Assembly (NCBI GenBank): GCA_016926705.1
Contig: JAFGOC010000134.1
Span: 1-48,705, forward strand
Reading direction: 5' to 3'
Origin: Dehalococcoidales bacterium
Lineage (GTDB): Bacteria > Chloroflexota > Dehalococcoidia > Dehalococcoidales > RBG-16-60-22
DNA length: 48,705 nucleotides
Made by a program: the position numbers and the translations under genes. Below, piece by piece: positions 1 to 7,812 of the stretch. The notes below the pieces were generated by a model that saw nothing but the letters and a program-made list of their open reading frames with translations, was not told where the DNA came from and did not search any database. Positions within the stretch are counted from its first letter, which is position 1; each line of letters starts with the position of its first letter.

Positions 1-126
1 CTCGTGGATACGGCCTGGTGGATTTCCACGTTCCCGGGTATTGCCATCGGGTTAGTAGTCCTTTCGGGGAATTTCCTGGGTGATTGGTTGCGTGATAAAT
101 TAGACCCGAGATTGAGGCAGTTATAA
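1..126 (+). CDS. 3' end of ABC peptide/nickel transporter permease (DppC/OppC family), partial
   Basis: My frame-1 translation [41 protein letters not shown] matches the typical DppC C-terminus (WW..FPG...N.LGD.LRD.LDP). Confidence 0.85.
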   Translation, partial: LVDTAWWISTFPGIAIGLVVLSGNFLGDWLRDKLDPRLRQL

Positions 127-141
127 CGAGATGTATTATCC

Positions 142-648
142 TTAGGGCAAAAAATCTCCCGACGGCTTTCTTGACGCGTGCCGCCGATCTCTTATTCCAT
201 CGAAGGTATCTGGAAGACTCGATATTACTTGATTTATCTCGTTACTATCTAATGCTTTTACTACTTTCTTTTCTGCCCTAGGTACTTTTATCTTAACTAA
301 AGGACTGGTTTCTAAAATACCTTCATTAACCGACCAGTTAAACATGGCAGATAATGCCCGGTAATATTTCTGAACGGTGGTAGAGTTTATTGGCTTCATA
401 GCTCGTGGACAGGTGCTATTAAAACGATGCGGTGTCTCTCTAAGATAAACAAGGAATTCACGCAAATGGTTAGCAGTGATAGCTTTAATGTTATCAGGCC
501 ACTTATAGTTCCTGGTATACCAGAGAAAGCCCTTGAGTTTATCAGTATAACATTCTATGGTGCCATAGGATTTACCTTCTACCTTACAGGATAACAGGAA
601 TTCGTCAATTGCTTGTTTTAGTGATGTAACCGTTTTATTATTAGACAT
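142..648 (-). pseudogene. Truncated tyrosine recombinase/integrase (N-terminal SAM-like/core-binding domain only)
   Basis: XerC/D-like N-terminus (FLLSCKVEGKSYGTIECY...STTVQKYYRALSAMFNW...SPLVKIKVP..EKKVVKALD..E). Similarity ends at GIRD, just before the catalytic domain; no R-H-R-Y residues. Confidence 0.8.
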
Positions 649-684
649 TGAACCTTTCCTCCTTCTCGTTCGAGCTAGCGCGAG

Positions 685-713
685 ATGCTAATGTATATTC
701 AGGAAAAGGTCAA
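685..713 (-). promoter_or_regulatory. Putative sigma70 promoter of the integrase
   Basis: Minus strand TTGACC-17 bp-TAGCAT, followed by an AGGAGG-type RBS before the start at 648. Confidence 0.5.
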
Positions 714-816
714 TACTTACGTGATATAAGTTTTTATAGTTAGAAAAATCCTTCTTCAATCTTGATTTCCTGCTAGGGATATGGCATATTTCAACATGCT
801 AGAGAGGTAACTCTTC

Positions 817-1407
817 ATGGGAGAAAAAATATACTTTGATACCAATCAGATATATTTTATTCGAAGAATAGCTGATGAGGCAGAAGGCTTCGAGTATGGT
901 GACTATTCATGGGCAAATAAAGTGTTCCCGCATAGCCCAGAAATGGTTGCAGACATTAAAGCTCTTTGTTATATCATATCTCTCCAATATCAATGGGACT
1001 TAGAATTCTGTGCAAGTAACGCTTCTTATACGGAGTTAATAAATAATACTAGCAATCGCGCACATGAAACTAGGAAGGCATGGGAAGCAGCGGGAGAAAA
1101 TCTTATCAATAAAGCACAAAAGTTACCGTCGATTGAACAAAAACAGTTCGATATAGAATCCATAACAGATAATCTCGAATTTATCAAAGATAAGGCGGAC
1201 AGGGAAATCATTAGAGATTTCATGAGACAGGAAGCGGATGTTCTGTTTACTTCTGACGATGACATTCTAAAGCATAAAAATAAACTTGTTCAGATGGGTA
1301 TAAAAGTGATGAGGCCAAGTGAGTGGATTAATGAATTTTTACAGGAAGTGCGTGGAGAAGAAGACGGCGTACAGTGGGTGGAAAGGATATTATTTACAAC
1401 AGGATAA
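817..1407 (+). CDS. PIN-domain protein (putative RNase)
   Basis: N-terminal YFDTN plus later acidic motifs DKADREII and LFTSDDDIL, typical of the PIN fold. Confidence 0.65.
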   Translation: MGEKIYFDTNQIYFIRRIADEAEGFEYGDYSWANKVFPHSPEMVADIKALCYIISLQYQWDLEFCASNASYTELINNTSNRAHETRKAWEAAGENLINKAQKLPSIEQKQFDIESITDNLEFIKDKADREIIRDFMRQEADVLFTSDDDILKHKNKLVQMGIKVMRPSEWINEFLQEVRGEEDGVQWVERILFTTG

Positions 1408-1414
1408 TTAAAAT

Positions 1415-1454
1415 TGGTAGTAGCAGCAGGATTTTAAATCACTATTAGCTTATG
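1415..1454. repeat. Degenerate copy of the tRNA 3' end (old att site)
   Basis: tggtagtagcagcaggattttaa matches tggtggtagcggcgggatttgaa at 19/23; the downstream gcttatg is also retained. Confidence 0.7.
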
Positions 1455-1462
1455 GAGAATAG

Positions 1463-1978
1463 ATGGCAATACTTGAAAATCCTAATAAACCTCGTCAACC
1501 ACAAAAGGGTGTATACGCTTGGTATGCAAGAAAAGAAGGTAGGAATTTAGTAATATATATTGGCCAAGCTGGATATAAAGATAGGCAAAAAGATACGTAC
1601 TTACAAAAAGGCACCTTATTTAGGGGCGTTAGTGAGTTACAAAGAGCGACATTTTCACAAGACTATACTCTTGACACCGATTTTATCGTGGGTACAGCAA
1701 TAATATTTTTTGAAAAGCATGGGTATAAATGCATATGGAAACATATCAGTAATAATCCTGAAGAAGAGAGAAGATTCATTGCCTCTGAACACCCGCTTCT
1801 GCAAAATAGAAACGGGCGAGTTAAAAACGTATTTAAAGTAAGGAAAGAAACTAAAGACTATTGGAAATTAAAGGGCATGGATGAAAACAGTAAACAACAG
1901 AAGATTAAGGAAGCAGAGTTAGAGATATTCAAGGAATTATCGAACATGCTAAAAAATGGTGGTAGCGGCGGGATTTGA
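1463..1978 (+). CDS. GIY-YIG family nuclease-like protein
   Basis: GVY...YIG motif (KGVYAWY...IYIGQAG) and a later E..FI...P..QN element. The stop codon lies inside the att repeat. Confidence 0.6.
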   Translation: MAILENPNKPRQPQKGVYAWYARKEGRNLVIYIGQAGYKDRQKDTYLQKGTLFRGVSELQRATFSQDYTLDTDFIVGTAIIFFEKHGYKCIWKHISNNPEEERRFIASEHPLLQNRNGRVKNVFKVRKETKDYWKLKGMDENSKQQKIKEAELEIFKELSNMLKNGGSGGI

Positions 1979-2002
1979 ACCTGCGACCAAGGGCTTATGA
2001 GT
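1957..2002. repeat. Perfect 46-bp direct repeat of the tRNA 3' half (attR-like)
   Basis: tggtggtagcggcgggatttgaacctgcgaccaagggcttatgagt is identical to 5841-5886. Confidence 0.95.
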
Positions 2003-2129
2003 GCCAGCTTCGTTTCTTAAAATTCCTGCGTTTTTCACACGAATCCTCCTTTTTTTCTAAGTTGCGCGATTCTAGGCCAAGTTCAGACAAAGGTCAAGAC
2101 ACAATTTCATAGAATGTGACAAAATCCTG

Positions 2130-2158
2130 TTGTGTCTTAAAGTATCAGATGATATAAT
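2130..2158 (+). promoter_or_regulatory. Sigma70 promoter of the islet operon
   Basis: TTGTGT-17 bp-TATAAT with extended -10 TG (tgaTATAAT). Confidence 0.6.
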
Positions 2159-2167
2159 CACAGTAAT

Positions 2168-2181
2168 AGTACATATGTTCT
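2168..2181. promoter_or_regulatory. Putative LexA (SOS) box
   Basis: AGTAC-ATAT-GTTCT, one mismatch from the Gram-positive/Chloroflexi type AGAAC-N4-GTTCT, 10 bp downstream of the -10. Confidence 0.6.
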
Positions 2182-2224
2182 TATCATATACCTAATAATT
2201 AATAATATAGTAAGAAAATTTACA

Positions 2225-3835
2225 ATGACGACAGTACAGGCATCGGCGAAAAGTCTAGTAAGAGTTCATGGGAGAGGGATACTCCTCTCTATCTTGGAGA
2301 AAGAAATTATCCTGAAAAGAATCATGGTACTTGATGATGAACGCTTCATTACAGAAACAAAGGACTGGGATTCGTATTGGCAGCCATTGCATGAACTTAA
2401 CCAGAGAGAGTTAGAAGATAGTCTTAACGTACTTCATATTACTTGGAGTAATTATCTCCGATCTAAGTTCAGTCCCCTTTTGAGGCAAGAATACTGTTTT
2501 CGCTATTTTTCTCTGCTAAATTATCTCATATCTAACTGTAAGGAAGTAAATAGACCTTTTCCATGGATTCATGCGCTCAAGGTAGCTCTCGGATTTGAAT
2601 GTTTCGGGATTACTACCGCGACTTCTGATACGTCAGTGCTTGGAGCCGGTACTTGTACACTTCGAAATCCATGCTACCTTTTAGCGAAACTTAAAATGCC
2701 TAACGTACCTGATGACCCTCAGTTCCTTCCTATGATTACGGTTACAAGCACCGAGAAACCAGAGCTATTTTATCATTACCGACAATATACGCTGTCTTCA
2801 GATTCACCAGTTTCATTAATGCTCTATCCAACGGTTGTTAAGGGAAAACGTTCGGCAAGTTTCCAGTTACTCAATTCTTTTGTGGGTGGGATAAGATATG
2901 CTGCCGACCCTTGGACTAATGAACGCGCACAACGTATTTTTCAAGGTATTATTTACCCCATAATCCAAACACACAAATCAGTCGAGCCTGGTATTTTCCC
3001 AATGGAAATAGTTGATGTCGGCGCTGGTAGCGGAAGTCTTGCTTCAAGAATATGCCATCATATTCAAAAAACAGTGATTTCCGATGGATTTCATCCAAGA
3101 TTACGATTGTGGTCTGTAGATTTGGAAGCTGCCGACCCAGCCCGATTTTTCAGGCATAAAAAATTGAGGGGTATGGTGGACAGTCTTTACTATCTTGGTG
3201 ATGATTACAGAAGTTGGCTGGAAAGACCACAACCATTACCTTCAAAAAATGGCCTTCGTATCGCCTTGGTATCTCGGCTCTTTAACAACCTGAGCTGCTT
3301 TTCCATTAGCTGTTTATCCAGAGAAGACTTGCATCCATTTATTGATAGGATGGAGGAATACTCAAACATAAAGGCACATCACCCCTCGGTATATTTGGCT
3401 CCAGGTGGGGGTGGTGTGAATTCACTCGTAATCTCGAACACTCGAGTAGCTCTTCAAGAGGGGAGAACCTTTGCCCAGGCATCTCTCGCTGATTTCTACT
3501 GGGGGATGTATTTAATTTCAAGGCCAAGGGAGTCCATTGATATACCTCAACAAGGGATTTTCTTACCTGTCAGGTCATTTAATCCCGAGTGCCTGATTAC
3601 ATCGAACGGCAACAGTGTAATTTCTTACTTGGTAGATAATTGTGATTATATTATTATTGAAGATGCCGATCTTACTCCAAAATATTTGATCGCTCATGCA
3701 AAGGCATTTTCGCTTTCCTCTATCACCATTTATGATATGACACAAGCATTAAGATTGAAGGGAAACTATTCCTATGTCATATGGCCAAGAAAGAAAATAA
3801 TGGCTCCGTCTTTTTCAGGTGAGAAAATATGGTAA
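2225..3835 (+). CDS. Hypothetical protein with a class I SAM-dependent methyltransferase-like domain
   Basis: SAM-binding motif I IVDVGAGSG followed by WSVDLE (motif II-like); N-terminal half not recognised. Confidence 0.5.
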   Translation: MTTVQASAKSLVRVHGRGILLSILEKEIILKRIMVLDDERFITETKDWDSYWQPLHELNQRELEDSLNVLHITWSNYLRSKFSPLLRQEYCFRYFSLLNYLISNCKEVNRPFPWIHALKVALGFECFGITTATSDTSVLGAGTCTLRNPCYLLAKLKMPNVPDDPQFLPMITVTSTEKPELFYHYRQYTLSSDSPVSLMLYPTVVKGKRSASFQLLNSFVGGIRYAADPWTNERAQRIFQGIIYPIIQTHKSVEPGIFPMEIVDVGAGSGSLASRICHHIQKTVISDGFHPRLRLWSVDLEAADPARFFRHKKLRGMVDSLYYLGDDYRSWLERPQPLPSKNGLRIALVSRLFNNLSCFSISCLSREDLHPFIDRMEEYSNIKAHHPSVYLAPGGGGVNSLVISNTRVALQEGRTFAQASLADFYWGMYLISRPRESIDIPQQGIFLPVRSFNPECLITSNGNSVISYLVDNCDYIIIEDADLTPKYLIAHAKAFSLSSITIYDMTQALRLKGNYSYVIWPRKKIMAPSFSGEKIW

Positions 3836-4767
3836 ATGTAACACGAATTGACCGTAAGTCAGTTGTTCTCTCTCCATCGAGTCTAGCATGCTTAGCTCAC
3901 ATTCCAGCAGTTAATCTTACCTCCGGGTGTGCTCATGATTGCCTCTATTGTTATGCGCGTGGGTACAGTGTTTTTCCCGGCGAGAATAAGGTTGTTGTCT
4001 ACAAAAACACTCTGGATAAATTAAAAAGGGAACTTGCGCATAAACGAACCAAACCACAGGCAGTGTATTTCAGTCCGTCCAGTGATATTTTTCAGCCTGT
4101 ATCAGAGGTGATAGAGCTTGGTTATTCTGTATTGGAATTCTTACTTGCCAGTGGTATCGGCATCGCCATTCTGACTAAAGGATTTATTCCAAATGAAACG
4201 TTTAAACTCCTATTAACTTATCCGAATAAAGTCAGGGTGCAGATAGGAATTATTACCGCAGATGATACTTTACGGAGTATTTTTGAGCCGAACGCTGCAA
4301 GTATAAGTACGCGCCTTGAACAGATGACGAAACTGGTTCAATGTGGTATCGTTACGGAAGCACGGGTAATTCCCATTCTACCTGGAATCACAGACGAACA
4401 TGGTTCTATCGATCAGTTATTAAGCACCATAGCAAGTACCGGGGTAAAACGTGTTGCAATAAGCACCCTTTTCTTAAGACCTGCTATAACTGCATCTTTA
4501 AAACGGCGCATTACTGATAATAATATTTTTGAGAATCTATTAGGCCAGTTTAAGAGCGAAAAGCGCTTGGCAGTGCATGCCGAAAACTCTTCCATTATCC
4601 CGTTATCACGATTAAAAAGAGAGGAAATATACACCCGTTTCGGGCAAGTGGCGAAAAAATATGCTTTAGATTTATCGATTTGTGGATGTATGAATCCTGA
4701 TATTGGTGGTACATGTAATATAACAGGAGAATGGCCGGCAAATGACACCCAATCAAGTATGTTTTAA
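3829..4767 (+). CDS. Radical SAM protein, SplB/Rv2578c-like (DNA repair photolyase-related)
   Basis: GCAHDCLYCYAR (CxxxCxxC), SSDIFQP, ILTKG, FEPNAAS...RL and PILPGITD are typical of the SPL-like family. Confidence 0.85.
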   Translation: MVNVTRIDRKSVVLSPSSLACLAHIPAVNLTSGCAHDCLYCYARGYSVFPGENKVVVYKNTLDKLKRELAHKRTKPQAVYFSPSSDIFQPVSEVIELGYSVLEFLLASGIGIAILTKGFIPNETFKLLLTYPNKVRVQIGIITADDTLRSIFEPNAASISTRLEQMTKLVQCGIVTEARVIPILPGITDEHGSIDQLLSTIASTGVKRVAISTLFLRPAITASLKRRITDNNIFENLLGQFKSEKRLAVHAENSSIIPLSRLKREEIYTRFGQVAKKYALDLSICGCMNPDIGGTCNITGEWPANDTQSSMF

Positions 4768-4796
4768 TGATATGATTCACGCTAGAAGAGGAATAA

Positions 4797-5435
4797 ATGA
4801 AGCTTCAGAATATTTCGATTGGATTACTTTTAGAGCACCCCGAAAACAGTAACTTCATGAACGCGGAGACAGCCCAAAAACTGCGTAGGCATATTGAACA
4901 AACCGGAAGATATGAACCCTTAACAGTAAGACCGCATCTCAATGAAGATGGTAAATTCCAGGTAATTAATGGTCACAACCGTTTGCGAGTCCTCCGTGCT
5001 CTTGATTACCAGACGGTAAACTGTATTGTCTGGGATCTTGATGATGATCAAACCAGGTTGTATCTAGCCACACTTAACCGTCTCTCAGGTTGTGATGTCC
5101 CCGAACGCAGGGCAGCACTTTTAGAAAACTTGCTAACTAACTTTGATATTGATGAACTGACCAAGCTGCTTCCTGACGACAGAAAGCAGATGGAGGAGCT
5201 CAAGCGACTGTCTCAAATTAAATTGGAAGAAATAATACCTCAGGCTGTGACCGAAGAAGGATTTGAAGTCCCAGTTATCCTTGATTTTTTAATCGAGGAG
5301 TTCGAAGCCAAAGAAATCAATCTCGCCCTTGACCTGATTGTCAATAGAGAGAAGAGGAAAATTACCCGTGGTCAAGCCCTGGTCAGTCTTGCTCGTTTCT
5401 ACCTCAGGCGCTGTCAGGAACCAACCGGAGTCTAG
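4797..5435 (+). CDS. ParB/sulfiredoxin-like N-terminal domain protein
   Basis: HPEN..., LRRHIEQTGRYEPLTVR...FQVINGHNRLRVL (ParBc GxxR motif), ..LATLNRL. Confidence 0.8.
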   Translation: MKLQNISIGLLLEHPENSNFMNAETAQKLRRHIEQTGRYEPLTVRPHLNEDGKFQVINGHNRLRVLRALDYQTVNCIVWDLDDDQTRLYLATLNRLSGCDVPERRAALLENLLTNFDIDELTKLLPDDRKQMEELKRLSQIKLEEIIPQAVTEEGFEVPVILDFLIEEFEAKEINLALDLIVNREKRKITRGQALVSLARFYLRRCQEPTGV

Positions 5436-5436
5436 G

Positions 5437-5838
5437 ATGGACAAAGATATATACGCCGAGAAGCTTGCCTATTTTAAACAGAATGAGAAACCAGAGGTAG
5501 TACTCCTGATAGCAGACAATCCGGAACTTATTAAAATAATCATTGCCTGGACAAATATTGATGTGAAGCGTGTTGATAAATTAACTCCTATATCCAATGA
5601 CTCCGAAAGGGAAATCTGGGAATGGCTCTGGCAGAACACTAAGTTTTCTCTTACTGAATTAAAAGAAAAAGCAGATATACCCTGTGTTGAATCTGTTTTA
5701 GCGCAGAAAATAAAGCCTCTTATCGGTAATCGTATTATATATCCTGACGGCACTGTTAATTCTTATGTACAGCGATATTTTAAAGAACGGGTGGTAAAAC
5801 TCTTCGATGCGAAATCAAAGAGACCTGTTAAAAAATAA
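5437..5838 (+). CDS. Hypothetical protein, possible winged-helix C-terminus
   Basis: ATG 1 bp after the ParB stop; SLTELKEKADI...LIGNRIIY resembles a wHTH; stop lies 2 bp before the tRNA 3' end. Confidence 0.6.
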   Translation: MDKDIYAEKLAYFKQNEKPEVVLLIADNPELIKIIIAWTNIDVKRVDKLTPISNDSEREIWEWLWQNTKFSLTELKEKADIPCVESVLAQKIKPLIGNRIIYPDGTVNSYVQRYFKERVVKLFDAKSKRPVKK

Positions 5839-5840
5839 AA

Positions 5841-5915
5841 TGGTGGTAGCGGCGGGATTTGAACCTGCGACCAAGGGCTTATGAGTCCCCTGCTCTACCA
5901 CTGAGCTACGCTACC
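5841..5915 (-). tRNA. tRNA-Met(CAT), probably elongator (Ile2 not fully excluded)
   Basis: Reverse complement GGTAGCGTAGCTCAGTGGTAGAGCAGGGGACTCATAAGCCCTTGGTCGCAGGTTCAAATCCCGCCGCTACCACCA: cloverleaf, CAT anticodon, encoded CCA, G1-C72 paired (so not initiator). Confidence 0.95.
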
Positions 5916-5951
5916 AACCAGAAAAAATATAGCATTACATGAAGCTAGATG

Positions 5952-7031
5952 TCAATGCCGGGCGATGACATGAATGCTGACGGCTTTAACAGTCCCGAAC
6001 ACCTTAAGACCCTTTTTCAGGTCCATTTCTTCAGCCGACCTCCTGGTAACAAGAGATACTAATGGAAACCCACAGTCTATCTCCAGTCGGCAGAGAGGCC
6101 CGCTGTAGGCCGTCCAGATGATTGTGCCCTCGAGCACATTACGAGCACTGCTGGACAGCCTGGCAAGAGAAACCGTAACATCCTCGGGACGGATGCAGAC
6201 CGACACTTTTTCATCCACGCCATGTTCGGTAATCGCCTCAATCGTCTTACCATAAACACTAATTGCAGCCATATTTCCTTCATTAGATATGACTTCGCCA
6301 TCGATGATATTTTCCATGCCGACGAACTCGGCTACCTCGCGGTTCTTAGGGGAGGTAAAAACCTCGCGGGCGTTGCCGGTCTGTACAATCTCGCCGTCAA
6401 TAAGCACGCTTATCCTGTCGGCCAAGCGCTGGCCCTGTTCCATATCGTGAGTGGACATCAATACAGTGATGGCATTCTGTTTAATAATGCCGGATATCAA
6501 GTCTTCAATTTTCGCAGCGGAAACGGGGTCGAGGTTGGCAGAGGGCTCATCCAGCAGCAATATCTCCGGACCGGTGGCGATAGCCCGGGCGATAGCGACC
6601 CGCTGCATCTCACCGCCGGAAAGTGTCCGGGCGTTTCGTTTACTATATTTCACCAATTCCACGGTCTCTAGAATATCGTTAACTTTTTCACGTATTACAT
6701 GTTTTTTCAGGCCGCGCCATTTCAAGCCGTAAGCCACGTTATCATATACACTCAAATTAAAGACGACCGGTTTTTGCAATACAAAAGCCATCCGACGCCG
6801 AATCTCAAGTCTTGATTTTTCAGAGTGCGAAACGGCAACGCCATTTATGAATATCTTGCCCGTACCTGGCATATCCAGCATATCAATCAATCTTAAAAAG
6901 GTAGTCTTGCCGGCACCAGTGGGGCCGATCAGGGCATGGGTCTCACCCTTTTCGACCGCCAGGTTGACGTTCTTAAGGATATCCCGTCCTTCCCTTTTGT
7001 ATCCCAAATTAACTGTTTGAATAAATGCCAT
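5952..7031 (-). CDS. tupC: Tungstate ABC transporter ATP-binding protein with TOBE domains
   Basis: GPTGAGKT, LSGGE, LLLDEP, C-terminal TOBE (SSARNVL...KAVSIH); in operon with tupAB. Confidence 0.85.
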   Translation of the reverse strand: MAFIQTVNLGYKREGRDILKNVNLAVEKGETHALIGPTGAGKTTFLRLIDMLDMPGTGKIFINGVAVSHSEKSRLEIRRRMAFVLQKPVVFNLSVYDNVAYGLKWRGLKKHVIREKVNDILETVELVKYSKRNARTLSGGEMQRVAIARAIATGPEILLLDEPSANLDPVSAAKIEDLISGIIKQNAITVLMSTHDMEQGQRLADRISVLIDGEIVQTGNAREVFTSPKNREVAEFVGMENIIDGEVISNEGNMAAISVYGKTIEAITEHGVDEKVSVCIRPEDVTVSLARLSSSARNVLEGTIIWTAYSGPLCRLEIDCGFPLVSLVTRRSAEEMDLKKGLKVFGTVKAVSIHVIARH

Positions 7032-7720
7032 TATTGCCTCTGCTGTATCCTATTCATCGCGAAATTCACCACGAGAGCAATAAAGATCAGGATAATACCC
7101 AGAGCGAGAGACAGTTCGATATCACCTTTGGATGTTTCAAGCGATATGGCAGTGGTAAGTACCCGGGTGAAACCCCTGATGTTGCCGCCGACCATTATGG
7201 CGAGTCCAACCTCGGAAATAGCCCTTCCGAAGGCCAATATGACTGCCGCCATAACCGCAAATCTCGCCTCTTTTATAATCGCTACCGCCGTCTGCCAGTT
7301 ACTGGCCCCCATCGAACGCGCTGTATCTATAATCGTCTTGTCAACTCCGCTCAAACCGGTGATGGTTAAACCAGTGAGTATCGGTGATATTAATATTACC
7401 TGGCCAATCACCATAACCATAGGAGTAAACATAATGTCTAATCCGCCCAGCGGCCCTTTATTGGAAAAAAGAATAAATACAAATAATCCTACGGTTACTG
7501 TAGGTACACTGTAAAAAGTCTGAATGATACTGATTAAAATTCGCTTGCCGCGGAAATTATTGAAGTGGATAAGGCTACCTACTGGCACACAGATTAGCGA
7601 AGCGATAAGAGTTGAGGATATGGCAACCCGAATCGAGAGCCAGGCTATCTGCATTACCTCCGGGTCGAAGGTAAATATCAGACGTAAAGCCCTAACCAGA
7701 CCATTCCATATTTCTTCCAA
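7031..7720 (-). CDS. tupB: Tungstate ABC transporter permease
   Basis: FGRAISEVG...GGNIRGFTRVLTTAISLET signature. Confidence 0.9.
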   Translation of the reverse strand: MEEIWNGLVRALRLIFTFDPEVMQIAWLSIRVAISSTLIASLICVPVGSLIHFNNFRGKRILISIIQTFYSVPTVTVGLFVFILFSNKGPLGGLDIMFTPMVMVIGQVILISPILTGLTITGLSGVDKTIIDTARSMGASNWQTAVAIIKEARFAVMAAVILAFGRAISEVGLAIMVGGNIRGFTRVLTTAISLETSKGDIELSLALGIILIFIALVVNFAMNRIQQRQ

Positions 7721-7812
7721 TTAATTAAACTCCCCGGAGCAAATTAAACAGCAGAACTTTAGCGAGGCCGCCGAAGTCTTTTTAGTCGGCCCCGCCATAA
7801 CTCTGTTGCGTA

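Larger units (their letters stand above)
1957..5886. mobile_element. tRNA-integrated genomic islet (~3.9 kb, no integrase of its own)
   Basis: Bounded by identical 46-bp tRNA-derived direct repeats; AT-rich relative to the housekeeping genes. Confidence 0.85.

Noticed and set aside
1957-2002. Second tRNA gene
   Set aside because: Only the anticodon loop to CCA portion is present; the D-arm and 5' acceptor strand are missing, so it is an att copy.
5338-5436. Longer start for the last islet gene
   Set aside because: It would overlap the ParB-like gene by ~98 bp; the ATG at 5437, preceded by GGAG, fits translational coupling better.
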